Assembly: GCA_050011875.1 (NCBI GenBank)
Contig: JBEKIG010000013.1
Coordinates: 1 to 64,000, forward strand
Source of the DNA: Nitrososphaeria archaeon
GTDB taxonomy: Archaea > Thermoproteota > Nitrososphaeria > JACIWG01
Length of the DNA: 64,000 nucleotides
Reading direction: 5' to 3'
Each line of letters begins with the position of its first letter. Position 1 is the first letter of the stretch. Positions 49,433 to 58,683 of this stretch are shown one piece after another. Under the pieces are notes generated by a model. It did no database searches, was not told where the DNA came from, and saw only the letters and a program-made list of their open reading frames with translations. The position numbers were made by a program, and so were the translations under genes.

Positions 49433-51847
49433 TTACTGCTTCAACCAAAACTTCTTTATCAAAGGCACCTTGATGGAATCATTTACTAAGAAGGCTGCGA
49501 TGAAAGAAAACGCTGGAACCGTTAGAGCGATGATGGGGGTTATCGGCGTCACTCCGGGTAACCCGAAAATAGCGATTAGGAAGACAAACAGTAAGTCAAC
49601 TAAAATTATTATTAGTAAAGGATTACTGGGCCTCGAATCCCAGAAATGTTTGCGTTCCCTAATTATCAACAAGTCAAATAATTCCACAAAAATCAGCAGT
49701 TCGAACGAAAAGGTCTGCAATTGATTGATATTGTTCCCGAGCCCAAAGTAATTAAGGCCTATTTCGAGTATAATCAGCAGCTCAGCTACGGCTGCGACCC
49801 CAAGGCAAACAGCCACTTTGATGAGACCTGTTATATTCCAGCTGTCAGGTTTTTCAGAATATCGAACATTGTCTGTTGATAATGATAAGGTTACAAAATC
49901 TGTTAAGAATATCAGTAAAATCATGTGAAGCGCGGATATTATGTACGTTCCTGTCAGAAGGAAGGCGATAACTACTAAAATGGTTATCTGGAATGTTTTT
50001 ACCACTTTATTGAGAATCCAAGTTATGATCCGCTGATATATTATCCTACCACTTTTAATTAAATCCAGTATACTCACTAACCCTTCTGTTGTAAGGACAA
50101 CGCTGGCAGCGTTCTTAGCCACATCCGTGGCGTTACTGACAGCTATACCCACTTCAGCTTGTTTCAAGGCAGGGGCATCGTTTATACCATCACCCGTCAT
50201 TCCAACAATGTGACCCCCTCTCTGAAGGCCTTTAACGATGTAGTACTTGTCCTCAGGATAGATCTCTGCGAATCCACTATTATCTTCCAAAGTCTTGATG
50301 AGCTCGCTCTCTGGAAGCCCCTTCATATCTGAGAACTTTACAATGTTCTGGTTTAAGCCGACCTGCTCTGCAACTTCTTTGGCTACCGGTAGAGCATCGC
50401 CTGTCAACACCTTTACTGAAACGCCAACTTCTTTAAGTTCACTTATGAGCTCTTTTGAATCAGGCCTGGGCTTATCATATAACGCAGCTAGACCTACTAG
50501 TTTAACGCCGTTTTCCGTTTCACCTTCGGCGACAGCTATCACTCTATAGCCCCTTTTTGATAATCGCTCAACTGCCATCCCCATCTGATTTAATTCTTCT
50601 TGTCCCATCTTGCATAAAGCGAATATGGTTTCAACCGCTCCTTTAAACACATAAAATAGCTTCCCTTCTATGGAGATGATAGCTTCGGTCCTCCTAGTCG
50701 AAGGGTCAAAAGGGACGAACTTCTCCTGCAAATAACTCCTAAATTGGAAACTGATATTATTCGCTGCTGATAGGAAAGCAAGGTCGATAGAGTCCTGGTT
50801 CGCTTCATTAGATGCTAAAGCGCCGAACAATATTACATCATCGTTTTTGTAACCTCTTGCGGGCATAATCTCCGCCATCTGAAGCTTGTTCATGGTAATT
50901 GTCCCGGTCTTATCGACGCATATCACATCCGTGGTTGCAGCGTCCTCACTTGCACTAAGCCTTGTAATCAATATCCCTTTCTTCATCATATCCAAGGACC
51001 CAAGCGCCATGGTGATCGTAAACATCGTAGGCAGAGCAACAGGTATAGCCGAAATCAAAAGTACGACCGCTAACGGAAGTATTTCCAGTATATTCATCCC
51101 CCTTAAGATGGAGACAACTATGCTAATTGAAAGAAATGATCCCACAATTGCGATCAACCATTTTACGATCTTTGAAGTCACCATCTCAATGTGCAACTCG
51201 GGTTTCGCGAATTGGACTAATTCCACGGTTCTTCCAAAGTACGTTTTTACACCAGTTGAGACAACAATACCAGATATTTCTCCCCTTCTAAGGATTGAAC
51301 CACTATACAATACGTCATCGACCTTTTTTTCAATCGCTTGCGACTCTCCGGTCAGAGATGACTGATCAACTTCAGCGCTTCCGTCTAATACCTTGGTGTC
51401 TGCTAGGACAAGGTCACCTGACCTAATCCTAATGATATCTCCCGATACTAGTTCCCTAGCGGAAACCGAGGTCCAGACGCCGTTACGTTTTACTTTTGCA
51501 TTAACTTTCAGCCTTTGCTTAAGAAGCTCTAGTGCAGAGTTAGCTCTTTCCCCTTCTATAAAGCCGAGAACAGCATTAAAGACTAAAAGCCCGGTAATTA
51601 TGTACATCTCAAAATATTTTTCTAAAAAGAATTCGAGTATTATGGTTACTTCAAGCAACCATGGGGTTACACCCCAAAACTTCTTTACAAACTGATAAAG
51701 AGGGTTAGCCTTCTTCTCTGGAACTTCGTTGAATCCGAACTCCTTTAATCTTTTCTGGACTTCATCAGAACTTAAGCCTTTATCGATATCAATATCAAAC
51801 TTGTTTCCATTTGGTTCTTCTATTGACGAACTCCTTTTTATGGCCAT
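49433..51847 (-). CDS. P-type ATPase, type IIIA plasma-membrane proton efflux
   Basis: TGES, IPVALP, DKTGTIT, FVPFDP..RRT, KGA, MTGDGINDAPALK, FLTDF. Confidence 0.9.
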   Translation of the reverse strand: MAIKRSSSIEEPNGNKFDIDIDKGLSSDEVQKRLKEFGFNEVPEKKANPLYQFVKKFWGVTPWLLEVTIILEFFLEKYFEMYIITGLLVFNAVLGFIEGERANSALELLKQRLKVNAKVKRNGVWTSVSARELVSGDIIRIRSGDLVLADTKVLDGSAEVDQSSLTGESQAIEKKVDDVLYSGSILRRGEISGIVVSTGVKTYFGRTVELVQFAKPELHIEMVTSKIVKWLIAIVGSFLSISIVVSILRGMNILEILPLAVVLLISAIPVALPTMFTITMALGSLDMMKKGILITRLSASEDAATTDVICVDKTGTITMNKLQMAEIMPARGYKNDDVILFGALASNEANQDSIDLAFLSAANNISFQFRSYLQEKFVPFDPSTRRTEAIISIEGKLFYVFKGAVETIFALCKMGQEELNQMGMAVERLSKRGYRVIAVAEGETENGVKLVGLAALYDKPRPDSKELISELKEVGVSVKVLTGDALPVAKEVAEQVGLNQNIVKFSDMKGLPESELIKTLEDNSGFAEIYPEDKYYIVKGLQRGGHIVGMTGDGINDAPALKQAEVGIAVSNATDVAKNAASVVLTTEGLVSILDLIKSGRIIYQRIITWILNKVVKTFQITILVVIAFLLTGTYIISALHMILLIFLTDFVTLSLSTDNVRYSEKPDSWNITGLIKVAVCLGVAAVAELLIILEIGLNYFGLGNNINQLQTFSFELLIFVELFDLLIIRERKHFWDSRPSNPLLIIILVDLLFVFLIAIFGLPGVTPITPIIALTVPAFSFIAAFLVNDSIKVPLIKKFWLKQ

Positions 51848-51927
51848 TTCTTACCACTTTTCCTCATACCATTGCATTGTGGAAATTGGCAAAGCCTTCT
51901 AAGATGTTCGAACCTATAAAGAACCCT

Positions 51928-52230
51928 TTATAGCTCCAAGTGAACTTGAACCACTCGGTCGTATTGTTTTCCCGCTTTTGTCACACTAAACTCTATTAGA
52001 AATATTGCCTTGCGCACCTGAACAAACTTATGAGAAGCTAGGCGTTTCTGTCTCGTATCCACTCCCCGATAAGTCACCGAAATCCCATCCTTGGTCTCAA
52101 TTTTCGACTTTACAGCGGCGACACATAGATCGTAGAGTGTTCCTTTTGGAAAGCCTGACTTCCCGTCAAGAAACTCAAGATAATCCTTCGATGTCAGATG
52201 GGCCTTCCTTGCTCCTGAACGGTAACCCAT
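51928..52230 (-). CDS. Small basic hypothetical protein
   Basis: 100 aa ORF; no recognised family. Confidence 0.4.
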   Translation of the reverse strand: MGYRSGARKAHLTSKDYLEFLDGKSGFPKGTLYDLCVAAVKSKIETKDGISVTYRGVDTRQKRLASHKFVQVRKAIFLIEFSVTKAGKQYDRVVQVHLEL

Positions 52231-52382
52231 ATCCTCTTGGTATACATTCGAGTGTTATCAGCTTTGCCTTTTATTACTAACTTAGACCATACTAAGGTTT
52301 TTAAATTGGGTCAGTCTTAACTATTAAAGAGAAATCCTTTAAGCTGCGAAGACCTTAAAGACTATAGGATAGGGAGTTCTAT

Positions 52383-53795
52383 TTAGACTTCGATTACCTT
52401 TATGTTCAGAAGCATGCAAGCTTGTTTTATACATTCACTGTAGTCACCATGTATCATACTTGCATGGTGTACGAAGCCTTCTGCAACAAGGGTTCTATAT
52501 AATTTATCAAGGTCAGCTACTCTTACCCACGCTGATGATCCAGCTTTTAACGCTTTTCTGCTTAGTTCATCGTTCATCTTTACGATTTCTCCCTTGGTTA
52601 CGAGCATCTTGAATTGGCCATTATATTCTGCAAGTCTGCATAATGTGACTACACCTGGTTTTAGAATCATATCCATGGTACCATAGCATTTTTCTCCTGT
52701 TGATGTGTAGTGACCATTGTGGTAGGTGAGGGCTGAGGGGGAATAAGCACATGCGAGGTTTGAGGGGGCGTTACCACAGTGCCAAGCAAGGAACACATTG
52801 CGATCTTTAGGATTCGCTATTGTCCAATCAATAAAGTGCGGTGGTGAAGTTCCAAGAGATGCTTTATATTGCATGAGCATAGTTAAAGCGCCATAGACAT
52901 CAGCTTCACAAGAAGTCATTATACCAGATTGAGTCAGTCTACCCATTGTAGAGCACGGATAAATTCCGTAGTAATTTTCGATTTCCGTCCAACATCTGAC
53001 GCCCATTATATCCAGGCCTTTTTCGTTTACAAGATTTCTCAAGGCTACCTCTAACTTCGCCATCTTAACTAACTCCTTACTGGGAACCCCTGAAACATTG
53101 ACGGCCCCCATATCCTTTATGATTTTAGTTACTTCTTTGTCTTGATCATTAAGCTTTCTTGCCGCCTCTACTATTGAAAAGATGGTAGCATGAATGACCC
53201 TCTGCTTGTAAAGCTCTGCCATAACAGCTTCATTGTATGTAACTGTTTCAAAACCTTCAGGTCTTTGACCTACTAAGCCCACTCTTGCACCTAGAAAGCT
53301 TCTGACTACTGCGGACGTTCTTACAAAATTTTCTAAGCCCTTCAAGAAGGCTTCTTCCTCCGGAAAGACTATTCCTAAGAATATGAATGGTATTTTTCTC
53401 CTATATAGATCAGACGCCAAAGACAATGTACCACAAAAGGAGTCCGACCATTTAAATACCGATGGCTTAGTTTCGGGCTCTTTAGTTCCAAAAACCATCA
53501 GAGGATACCTCTCGAACTCTTCGGCTACTGTAACCCCCGCTAACTCCTCTCCAAAGGTCATTGTTCCCAGCAAAATTCCTTGCACATCCTTCTCTTTGAA
53601 AAGATGAATGGTCTTCTGTGCATCCGCTTCGTCACCAACCAAACCCATATTGGTAAGTGAACCGTCAGGATAAACTAATTCAACCATCTCAAGCTTTGCA
53701 GATGCCTTCACAACTCTATTCTTTATTTCAACAGCCCATTTCGTATCAAAGCTATTTCTGTGTAAAGGGACAAAACCTATTCTTACCTTCTTCAT
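52383..53795 (-). CDS. L-fucose/L-arabinose isomerase family protein
   Basis: DSFCGTLS, RCW, SCEADVYG, WHCGNAP, GFVHH. Confidence 0.9.
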   Translation of the reverse strand: MKKVRIGFVPLHRNSFDTKWAVEIKNRVVKASAKLEMVELVYPDGSLTNMGLVGDEADAQKTIHLFKEKDVQGILLGTMTFGEELAGVTVAEEFERYPLMVFGTKEPETKPSVFKWSDSFCGTLSLASDLYRRKIPFIFLGIVFPEEEAFLKGLENFVRTSAVVRSFLGARVGLVGQRPEGFETVTYNEAVMAELYKQRVIHATIFSIVEAARKLNDQDKEVTKIIKDMGAVNVSGVPSKELVKMAKLEVALRNLVNEKGLDIMGVRCWTEIENYYGIYPCSTMGRLTQSGIMTSCEADVYGALTMLMQYKASLGTSPPHFIDWTIANPKDRNVFLAWHCGNAPSNLACAYSPSALTYHNGHYTSTGEKCYGTMDMILKPGVVTLCRLAEYNGQFKMLVTKGEIVKMNDELSRKALKAGSSAWVRVADLDKLYRTLVAEGFVHHASMIHGDYSECIKQACMLLNIKVIEV

Positions 53796-54098
53796 ATTTG
53801 AAAGATTCTCAATAATATTATATAAGTCTTCCTATGCTATGAAAACCGTCTATAGAAGATAATTTTAGATTTCAACCAATCTTGTACTAATTGAATTTCT
53901 TGGACATAACGTATGTAAACTTGAAAATACCAAAGATTTTTCAACGAGAGGTTAGATGTGGTTTATGCATGAACGGAACGGATTCGGTAACAAGGTTATA
54001 TGTAGAAGTCGGACTCATTAAACCCTATATGAACCGTAAACAATCTATGACTTTAGCAGTATACAAACGAACTGTGGCAATTTGGAAATTCAATATAT

Positions 54099-55001
54099 CT
54101 ATTTTTTAAGTAAGGGTTCAAGTTTATTCTTTATATCATCTGTTTTGGGTTCAAGTTTGCCTATATCAAGTATCTTCCAGGTTTCTGTGTACTCCATACT
54201 AGTAGAAGGTTCGAGTGTTTTCAAGGGACTGAGTGTTTCAAATTCTAGCGTGTTAGCGTTTGTATATACCTCTACGTTGCAGCCAAAGTCAGGATAATCT
54301 CCTTCCATATTTGGAAACTCTTTCACAAAAGCCATTCCGTCAACTATGCATGTAGCCCATTTTGGATTAGCCATCGTTCCTATCTTCATTGCTTTTTTTA
54401 CTTCTGATTTTTTCATTACATAGATGTATTCATCTGTAAGTTTCAGTCTTTTATCTTCTAAATTCGTGTATGGCCATATAGCCAGGTGTCTGTCTGGAAG
54501 AAGCCCCTCCTTGTCTACTTTTGACGCTTTTATTGGCACAACAACGAAACCTTCTCCCTCCATTAGAGATAGAGCCCAACATCCTAGCTTTATCGGCCAT
54601 CTGCCGATATTCTGAATTTGGTAAACGAGCTGGACACCATCATTTCCAAAAGGCTTTATAGTAATTTCCTTTTTTATGGAATTCTCTTTTTCAGGATTAC
54701 CATGTATTGTAACACTATCCTTTTCTATCTTGATTTCTACGGGTTTATCATCCATTGAGTAAGACCGCGGTATAGCTTCTGGCGAACTCCAGAGTCTGTG
54801 GCCTCCGTATACTCTCCATAATCCTTCAATAGTTTTCATTTCGTTCTTCGGGTATATGGCGAAAAGATTTTTTTGAGGTCTATTTTTGCTTGCTAGGTAT
54901 AGAATTCTCGGCCCAATGTCTGTAGCTATACCTATTATTAGGTTGTTTATCGAAACTATCTTTGTGTTAAAACCTTCTAACTTTCTTTCTACAACTCTCA
55001 T
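54099..55001 (-). CDS. DUF4380 / galactose-mutarotase-like protein
   Basis: GPRIL, YGGHRLW.SPE, YPDFGCN.E.Y, EFETLSPL. Confidence 0.7.
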   Translation of the reverse strand: MRVVERKLEGFNTKIVSINNLIIGIATDIGPRILYLASKNRPQKNLFAIYPKNEMKTIEGLWRVYGGHRLWSSPEAIPRSYSMDDKPVEIKIEKDSVTIHGNPEKENSIKKEITIKPFGNDGVQLVYQIQNIGRWPIKLGCWALSLMEGEGFVVVPIKASKVDKEGLLPDRHLAIWPYTNLEDKRLKLTDEYIYVMKKSEVKKAMKIGTMANPKWATCIVDGMAFVKEFPNMEGDYPDFGCNVEVYTNANTLEFETLSPLKTLEPSTSMEYTETWKILDIGKLEPKTDDIKNKLEPLLKK

Positions 55002-55379
55002 TTCTCACACCTTTCTATGTTACCTTTTCTGACCAAATATATAAATTGTTGCATACGTTTTCAATTCTATTTTATGATATTGTAACCGACGGAAAATGAA
55101 AGCACCGCATAGGGGGGAGAATCTTAAACTGGCACCTTGCCATCGACCAACTTCTTTGAAATCATATTTCTAACGATAGCTTTTAAACATTCGAAGGGAG
55201 AGAGATCTAGAAGCTAAAGGTCATTAGGATCAGTTTACACTTGGCGTGCTGATTCTGTTGCTGGAAAAGGTATTTGTTGAATGAAATCCAGAATCTCGTT
55301 ATACTCTAATCGTCAGAAAACATCTAACCACACTAAACTTCTAGGAAAAGATAAATCTCGCAAAATAGCTATATAAAAT

Positions 55380-55856
55380 ATGGATAAGATAAAGATCCTT
55401 TTCCTATGCACCCATAACTCAGCGCGATCCCAAATGGCTGAAGGATTTCTTAGACACTTCTATGGAGAAAGGTATGAAGCATTCAGCGCAGGCTCAAAAC
55501 CGACACGTGTCCATCCTCTTGCCATAAAGGTGATGTCTGAAGTGGGGATAGACATTTCGAAACATACGTCTAAGAGCATCGAAGAGTTCCGGAACAAGGA
55601 CATTGACGTAGTTGTAACCGTGTGCCGTAGCAGTGCAAAGGAGGTCTGTCCGTTTTGCTCTTCACCGATACTTGGAAGTAGACCGGAGATAGTAGCCTCG
55701 ACCGTGCCAAGCGCTCGGAAGTATATAGAACACGGTTTCAGCGACCCTTCTGAAGTTTATGGAAGTGATGAGGAAAGGACTGAAGCCTTCAGACGCGTGA
55801 GGGATGAAATAGCTAGTTGGATTAAAGATACTTTTGCGGACCTCGGCGATCTTTAA
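55380..55856 (+). CDS. arsC: Arsenate reductase, LMW-PTPase type
   Basis: CTHNSARSQMAE, SAG, TVC, CP, DP, FRRVRDEI. Confidence 0.9.
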   Translation: MDKIKILFLCTHNSARSQMAEGFLRHFYGERYEAFSAGSKPTRVHPLAIKVMSEVGIDISKHTSKSIEEFRNKDIDVVVTVCRSSAKEVCPFCSSPILGSRPEIVASTVPSARKYIEHGFSDPSEVYGSDEERTEAFRRVRDEIASWIKDTFADLGDL

Positions 55857-56008
55857 GCGCCTGCATCAGATCTTATGTGGTGTCCGCGATTCATCTCTGA
55901 ATTGAAATGCAAACACACTGAATTACTCACTTATATTATTGATGCTAACACACTGAACAGTGTTTCTTTTCCTCGTGGCATGTAAGATTCCTTCTTTTCT
56001 CCCGAACG

Positions 56009-56431
56009 CTATACTTTCCTTAACGCTCTTGTAACTTCGTATAATGAGGTCGCAAGTCCGACAAAGATCACCGTTAAAGAGAAGGCATAGGTGGACGTTA
56101 TTTCAGGTGGTCTCAGGTAGGTCAGCAGGATCAGGAATGCCAGTAAGAAGAATATGGCGTACGTGGTCTGTAAGGGTATAAGCGTCCTTCTCACCCTGAT
56201 CACATTTTCGAACATCACCCTGTCTACGACGTAGCCTTCATCCTGTTGCCTGATGAGGCCCGCGTCAAGGAGCTTGCTGATATGGTATGATGCGAGTGAG
56301 GATGTGCTAAATCCGAGGCCCCGTTGCACGTCATGGACGCCAATGGGCTTCCCCTCCTTGAACATAAAGCGATAGACCTTGAGAGTAGTGCCCTTCAATA
56401 CGTCTGCTTCAGCCTTTTCCGCTGTACTCAA
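56009..56431 (-). CDS. Winged-helix transcription regulator with two C-terminal TM helices, copy 2
   Basis: Colinear 140 aa paralog of 14349-14771 (ENV.RVRRTLIP.QT.Y..FF..AFLILLTYLRPP.ITSTY). Confidence 0.85.
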   Translation of the reverse strand: MSTAEKAEADVLKGTTLKVYRFMFKEGKPIGVHDVQRGLGFSTSSLASYHISKLLDAGLIRQQDEGYVVDRVMFENVIRVRRTLIPLQTTYAIFFLLAFLILLTYLRPPEITSTYAFSLTVIFVGLATSLYEVTRALRKV

Positions 56432-56479
56432 AGTCTTTCCAACATTGATGGACCAGCATTCAATTTAAACCTTACTCCA

Positions 56480-56525
56480 TTCTAAAATTAGAACACAGTC
56501 TTCCATCATCAATCTAAAATTAGTA
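56480..56525. promoter_or_regulatory. Tandem palindromic operator: TTCTAAAATTAGAA (56480-56493) and ATCTAAAATTAGTA (56512-56525)
   Basis: Same motif and same distance from the regulator TATA box as at 14819; sites 32 bp apart. Confidence 0.75.
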
Positions 56526-56563
56526 CTATATCGTTGCTCACCTTTACCTTAAGCCGTGGAAAA

Positions 56564-57241
56564 ATGTCAGAATATAAGAAGCAGATCGCTGCAGGAGCTT
56601 TGACGGCTGTCGTGATAGCGTTAATTTTGGCAGGTGGAGCAAGCTATCTTTTCCCACTTCAGCCCACGCAGACGACCTCCACAATAATTAACCATTCCTC
56701 TGCAGCTGCAGCCACAGCGTCTACCACTAAGGCTACAAGCGCTGCTATTACATCTATACCTCAGACAACGTCGTCAGGAACTACCTTCACGACGTCTACG
56801 ACATATTTAGGCACTACGACAACGATATATTTACCTCCGACCATGACTCTACCCACTAATAATGGCACTACGATAATTACAAACGGCACTATGACATATA
56901 CAATAACTCCTCCTATCACCACGGTGACTACGACAATTGGACCGATTGTAACTGTAACCGTGACCCAAAACCTCATAAAAGATATTGAGATAACATACGT
57001 GAACTTCAACGCCAGCATCCCAACTCATGTGTTCGTAGGCGTCAAGAACGCCGGCACCACGGACCAGACCGTCACAGAAGTACTCGTAAACGGAATACCG
57101 TTATCAAGCGTGAACGGAGGTACATCAAATCCAAGCCTGCCCATTACAATAGCAGCAGGTAGATCACAGGAGATCACCCTAACCTTCAGCTCGCCACTGC
57201 CATCAGGAACATACTTCATAACAATTCTCCCCGGTGATTGA
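56564..57241 (+). CDS. Membrane-anchored Thr-rich stalk protein with pilin-like/Ig-like head, copy 2
   Basis: MSEYKKQI + TM; head shares TDQT.T..LVNG..LSSVNGGTSNPSLPI...LTFSSPL with copy 1; start moved to ATG 56564 by homology. Confidence 0.8.
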   Translation: MSEYKKQIAAGALTAVVIALILAGGASYLFPLQPTQTTSTIINHSSAAAATASTTKATSAAITSIPQTTSSGTTFTTSTTYLGTTTTIYLPPTMTLPTNNGTTIITNGTMTYTITPPITTVTTTIGPIVTVTVTQNLIKDIEITYVNFNASIPTHVFVGVKNAGTTDQTVTEVLVNGIPLSSVNGGTSNPSLPITIAAGRSQEITLTFSSPLPSGTYFITILPGD

Positions 57242-58169
57242 TACGCATCAGAATCTATTGGAAGGAGCCGTGCCGAAGGCTCAGGTTGTTTTGTTATTGG
57301 CCATACTTTTGGTTGGAGCAGTCGGCGCCTACTATGTTGTACAGGAAGAACTGCCAAAGAATAGTAACCCTTTGACTACTACTTCGACCTCGGGCACATC
57401 AACGTCCGCTCCGGTAGACGCAGGCCCGCTAACCGTAGTTTCAGTTAGTCTTCTTCGGCCCTATAACCCGGGTGGACCGACAATTGAAGTCATCCTGCAG
57501 AACAAGGCAAACAACCCAGTGGTTAGCCTTCAAACGGTATTGTCATTATCGGGACGCAACTACACGTACGTTTTCGACGACGTTTCTTCAAGCAATCCGC
57601 TGTTGACCAATCAGGACGCATCTCAGACAGCCACTCTGATCGGTCCTGCCGGATTTGAAACAAATCAAACGTACCCGATGGAGATACGAGGCACTCTGCA
57701 AAATGGATCCTTGTTCGATTACGTAACTCCTGTGACAATAGCCCAATACTCCAATCAGCTCGTGGCGTCCGGAGGAAACGGCAATCTCCAACTTACCATG
57801 GTCCTCGGAAAAACCGTGTACAGTTTAGGCGAACCTGTTAACCTAACTTTGACCATCACCAACATCAGCAATCAGACAATAAACTTTATGCACTCAGGAT
57901 TGGATTTTGATTTTCGAGTTTACAACGGCACAAACAACGTCGTGTACCAGTGGTCAAATTTCAGAGGCATCGCTCAATTCATAATGATCGTGCCGCTTCA
58001 CGCCGGAGAGAGCAGGTCGGCCAACTTCACTTGGCTGCAGACATGCAATTTCAACGCCTCAGTTGAAGGAGACCCAGTCTCACCAGGGACCTACAACATA
58101 ATTGGCCAAACTGGCTCAGTGTACGGTTTACAGACGACGCCGATACAACTCACAATCGTCAACCCTTAG
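57234..58169 (+). CDS. Membrane-anchored surface protein with a C-terminal BsuPI-like (proteinase inhibitor I22-like) domain
   Basis: KTVYSLGEPVNLTLTITNIS...FDFRVY....VYQWS...AQ.....L.AGES....W.Q...PGTY. Confidence 0.65.
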   Translation: MIDTHQNLLEGAVPKAQVVLLLAILLVGAVGAYYVVQEELPKNSNPLTTTSTSGTSTSAPVDAGPLTVVSVSLLRPYNPGGPTIEVILQNKANNPVVSLQTVLSLSGRNYTYVFDDVSSSNPLLTNQDASQTATLIGPAGFETNQTYPMEIRGTLQNGSLFDYVTPVTIAQYSNQLVASGGNGNLQLTMVLGKTVYSLGEPVNLTLTITNISNQTINFMHSGLDFDFRVYNGTNNVVYQWSNFRGIAQFIMIVPLHAGESRSANFTWLQTCNFNASVEGDPVSPGTYNIIGQTGSVYGLQTTPIQLTIVNP

Positions 58170-58189
58170 TTCACGAAAAGGAAAAGACA

Positions 58190-58608
58190 CGATAAAATTC
58201 TATTTATTGGAAGGATGTACAAAAGATGTCGCAGGTATCATAGAGAACATTAAAAGTCCAAAGATTGTTTCAATTGAAGCAAAATTGTCGATAGATGCCC
58301 GGGAATTCTTATCAGCTGTCTCTCAAGGTGAGATGTATCAAGAAGTATCTACAATTGTTTATTTAGCTTTCCCCATAGATGAGATAAATTCGTTTATAAT
58401 TGAAATTATAAACCAGACCCCAAACACTTACAAACTCTGCTGCAAGAAGACACAAAAACGTAATAATGTGCCACTTAAATCTAAGGTTCTTCAATTGACA
58501 GTCGATCTAAGATCGTATTTAAGACAGAAAGTTATTAAATTTTTTGGGGCGTATTCCAGAAAGTGGTGTCACCATATGAATCCTGAGTGCAAGGTTTGTT
58601 GCTCATAG
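58190..58608 (+). pseudogene. Fragment resembling a PD-(D/E)xK nuclease
   Basis: DVAGI...IVSIEAKL...AVSQGEMYQ...VYLA pattern; no convincing start. Confidence 0.35.
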
Positions 58609-58683
58609 ATACCTGCGTCAGATTGAATGTCGATATCCCTGAGAACTGAGATGTTGGAACTTACTCTGCTTTACCCTCATCAA

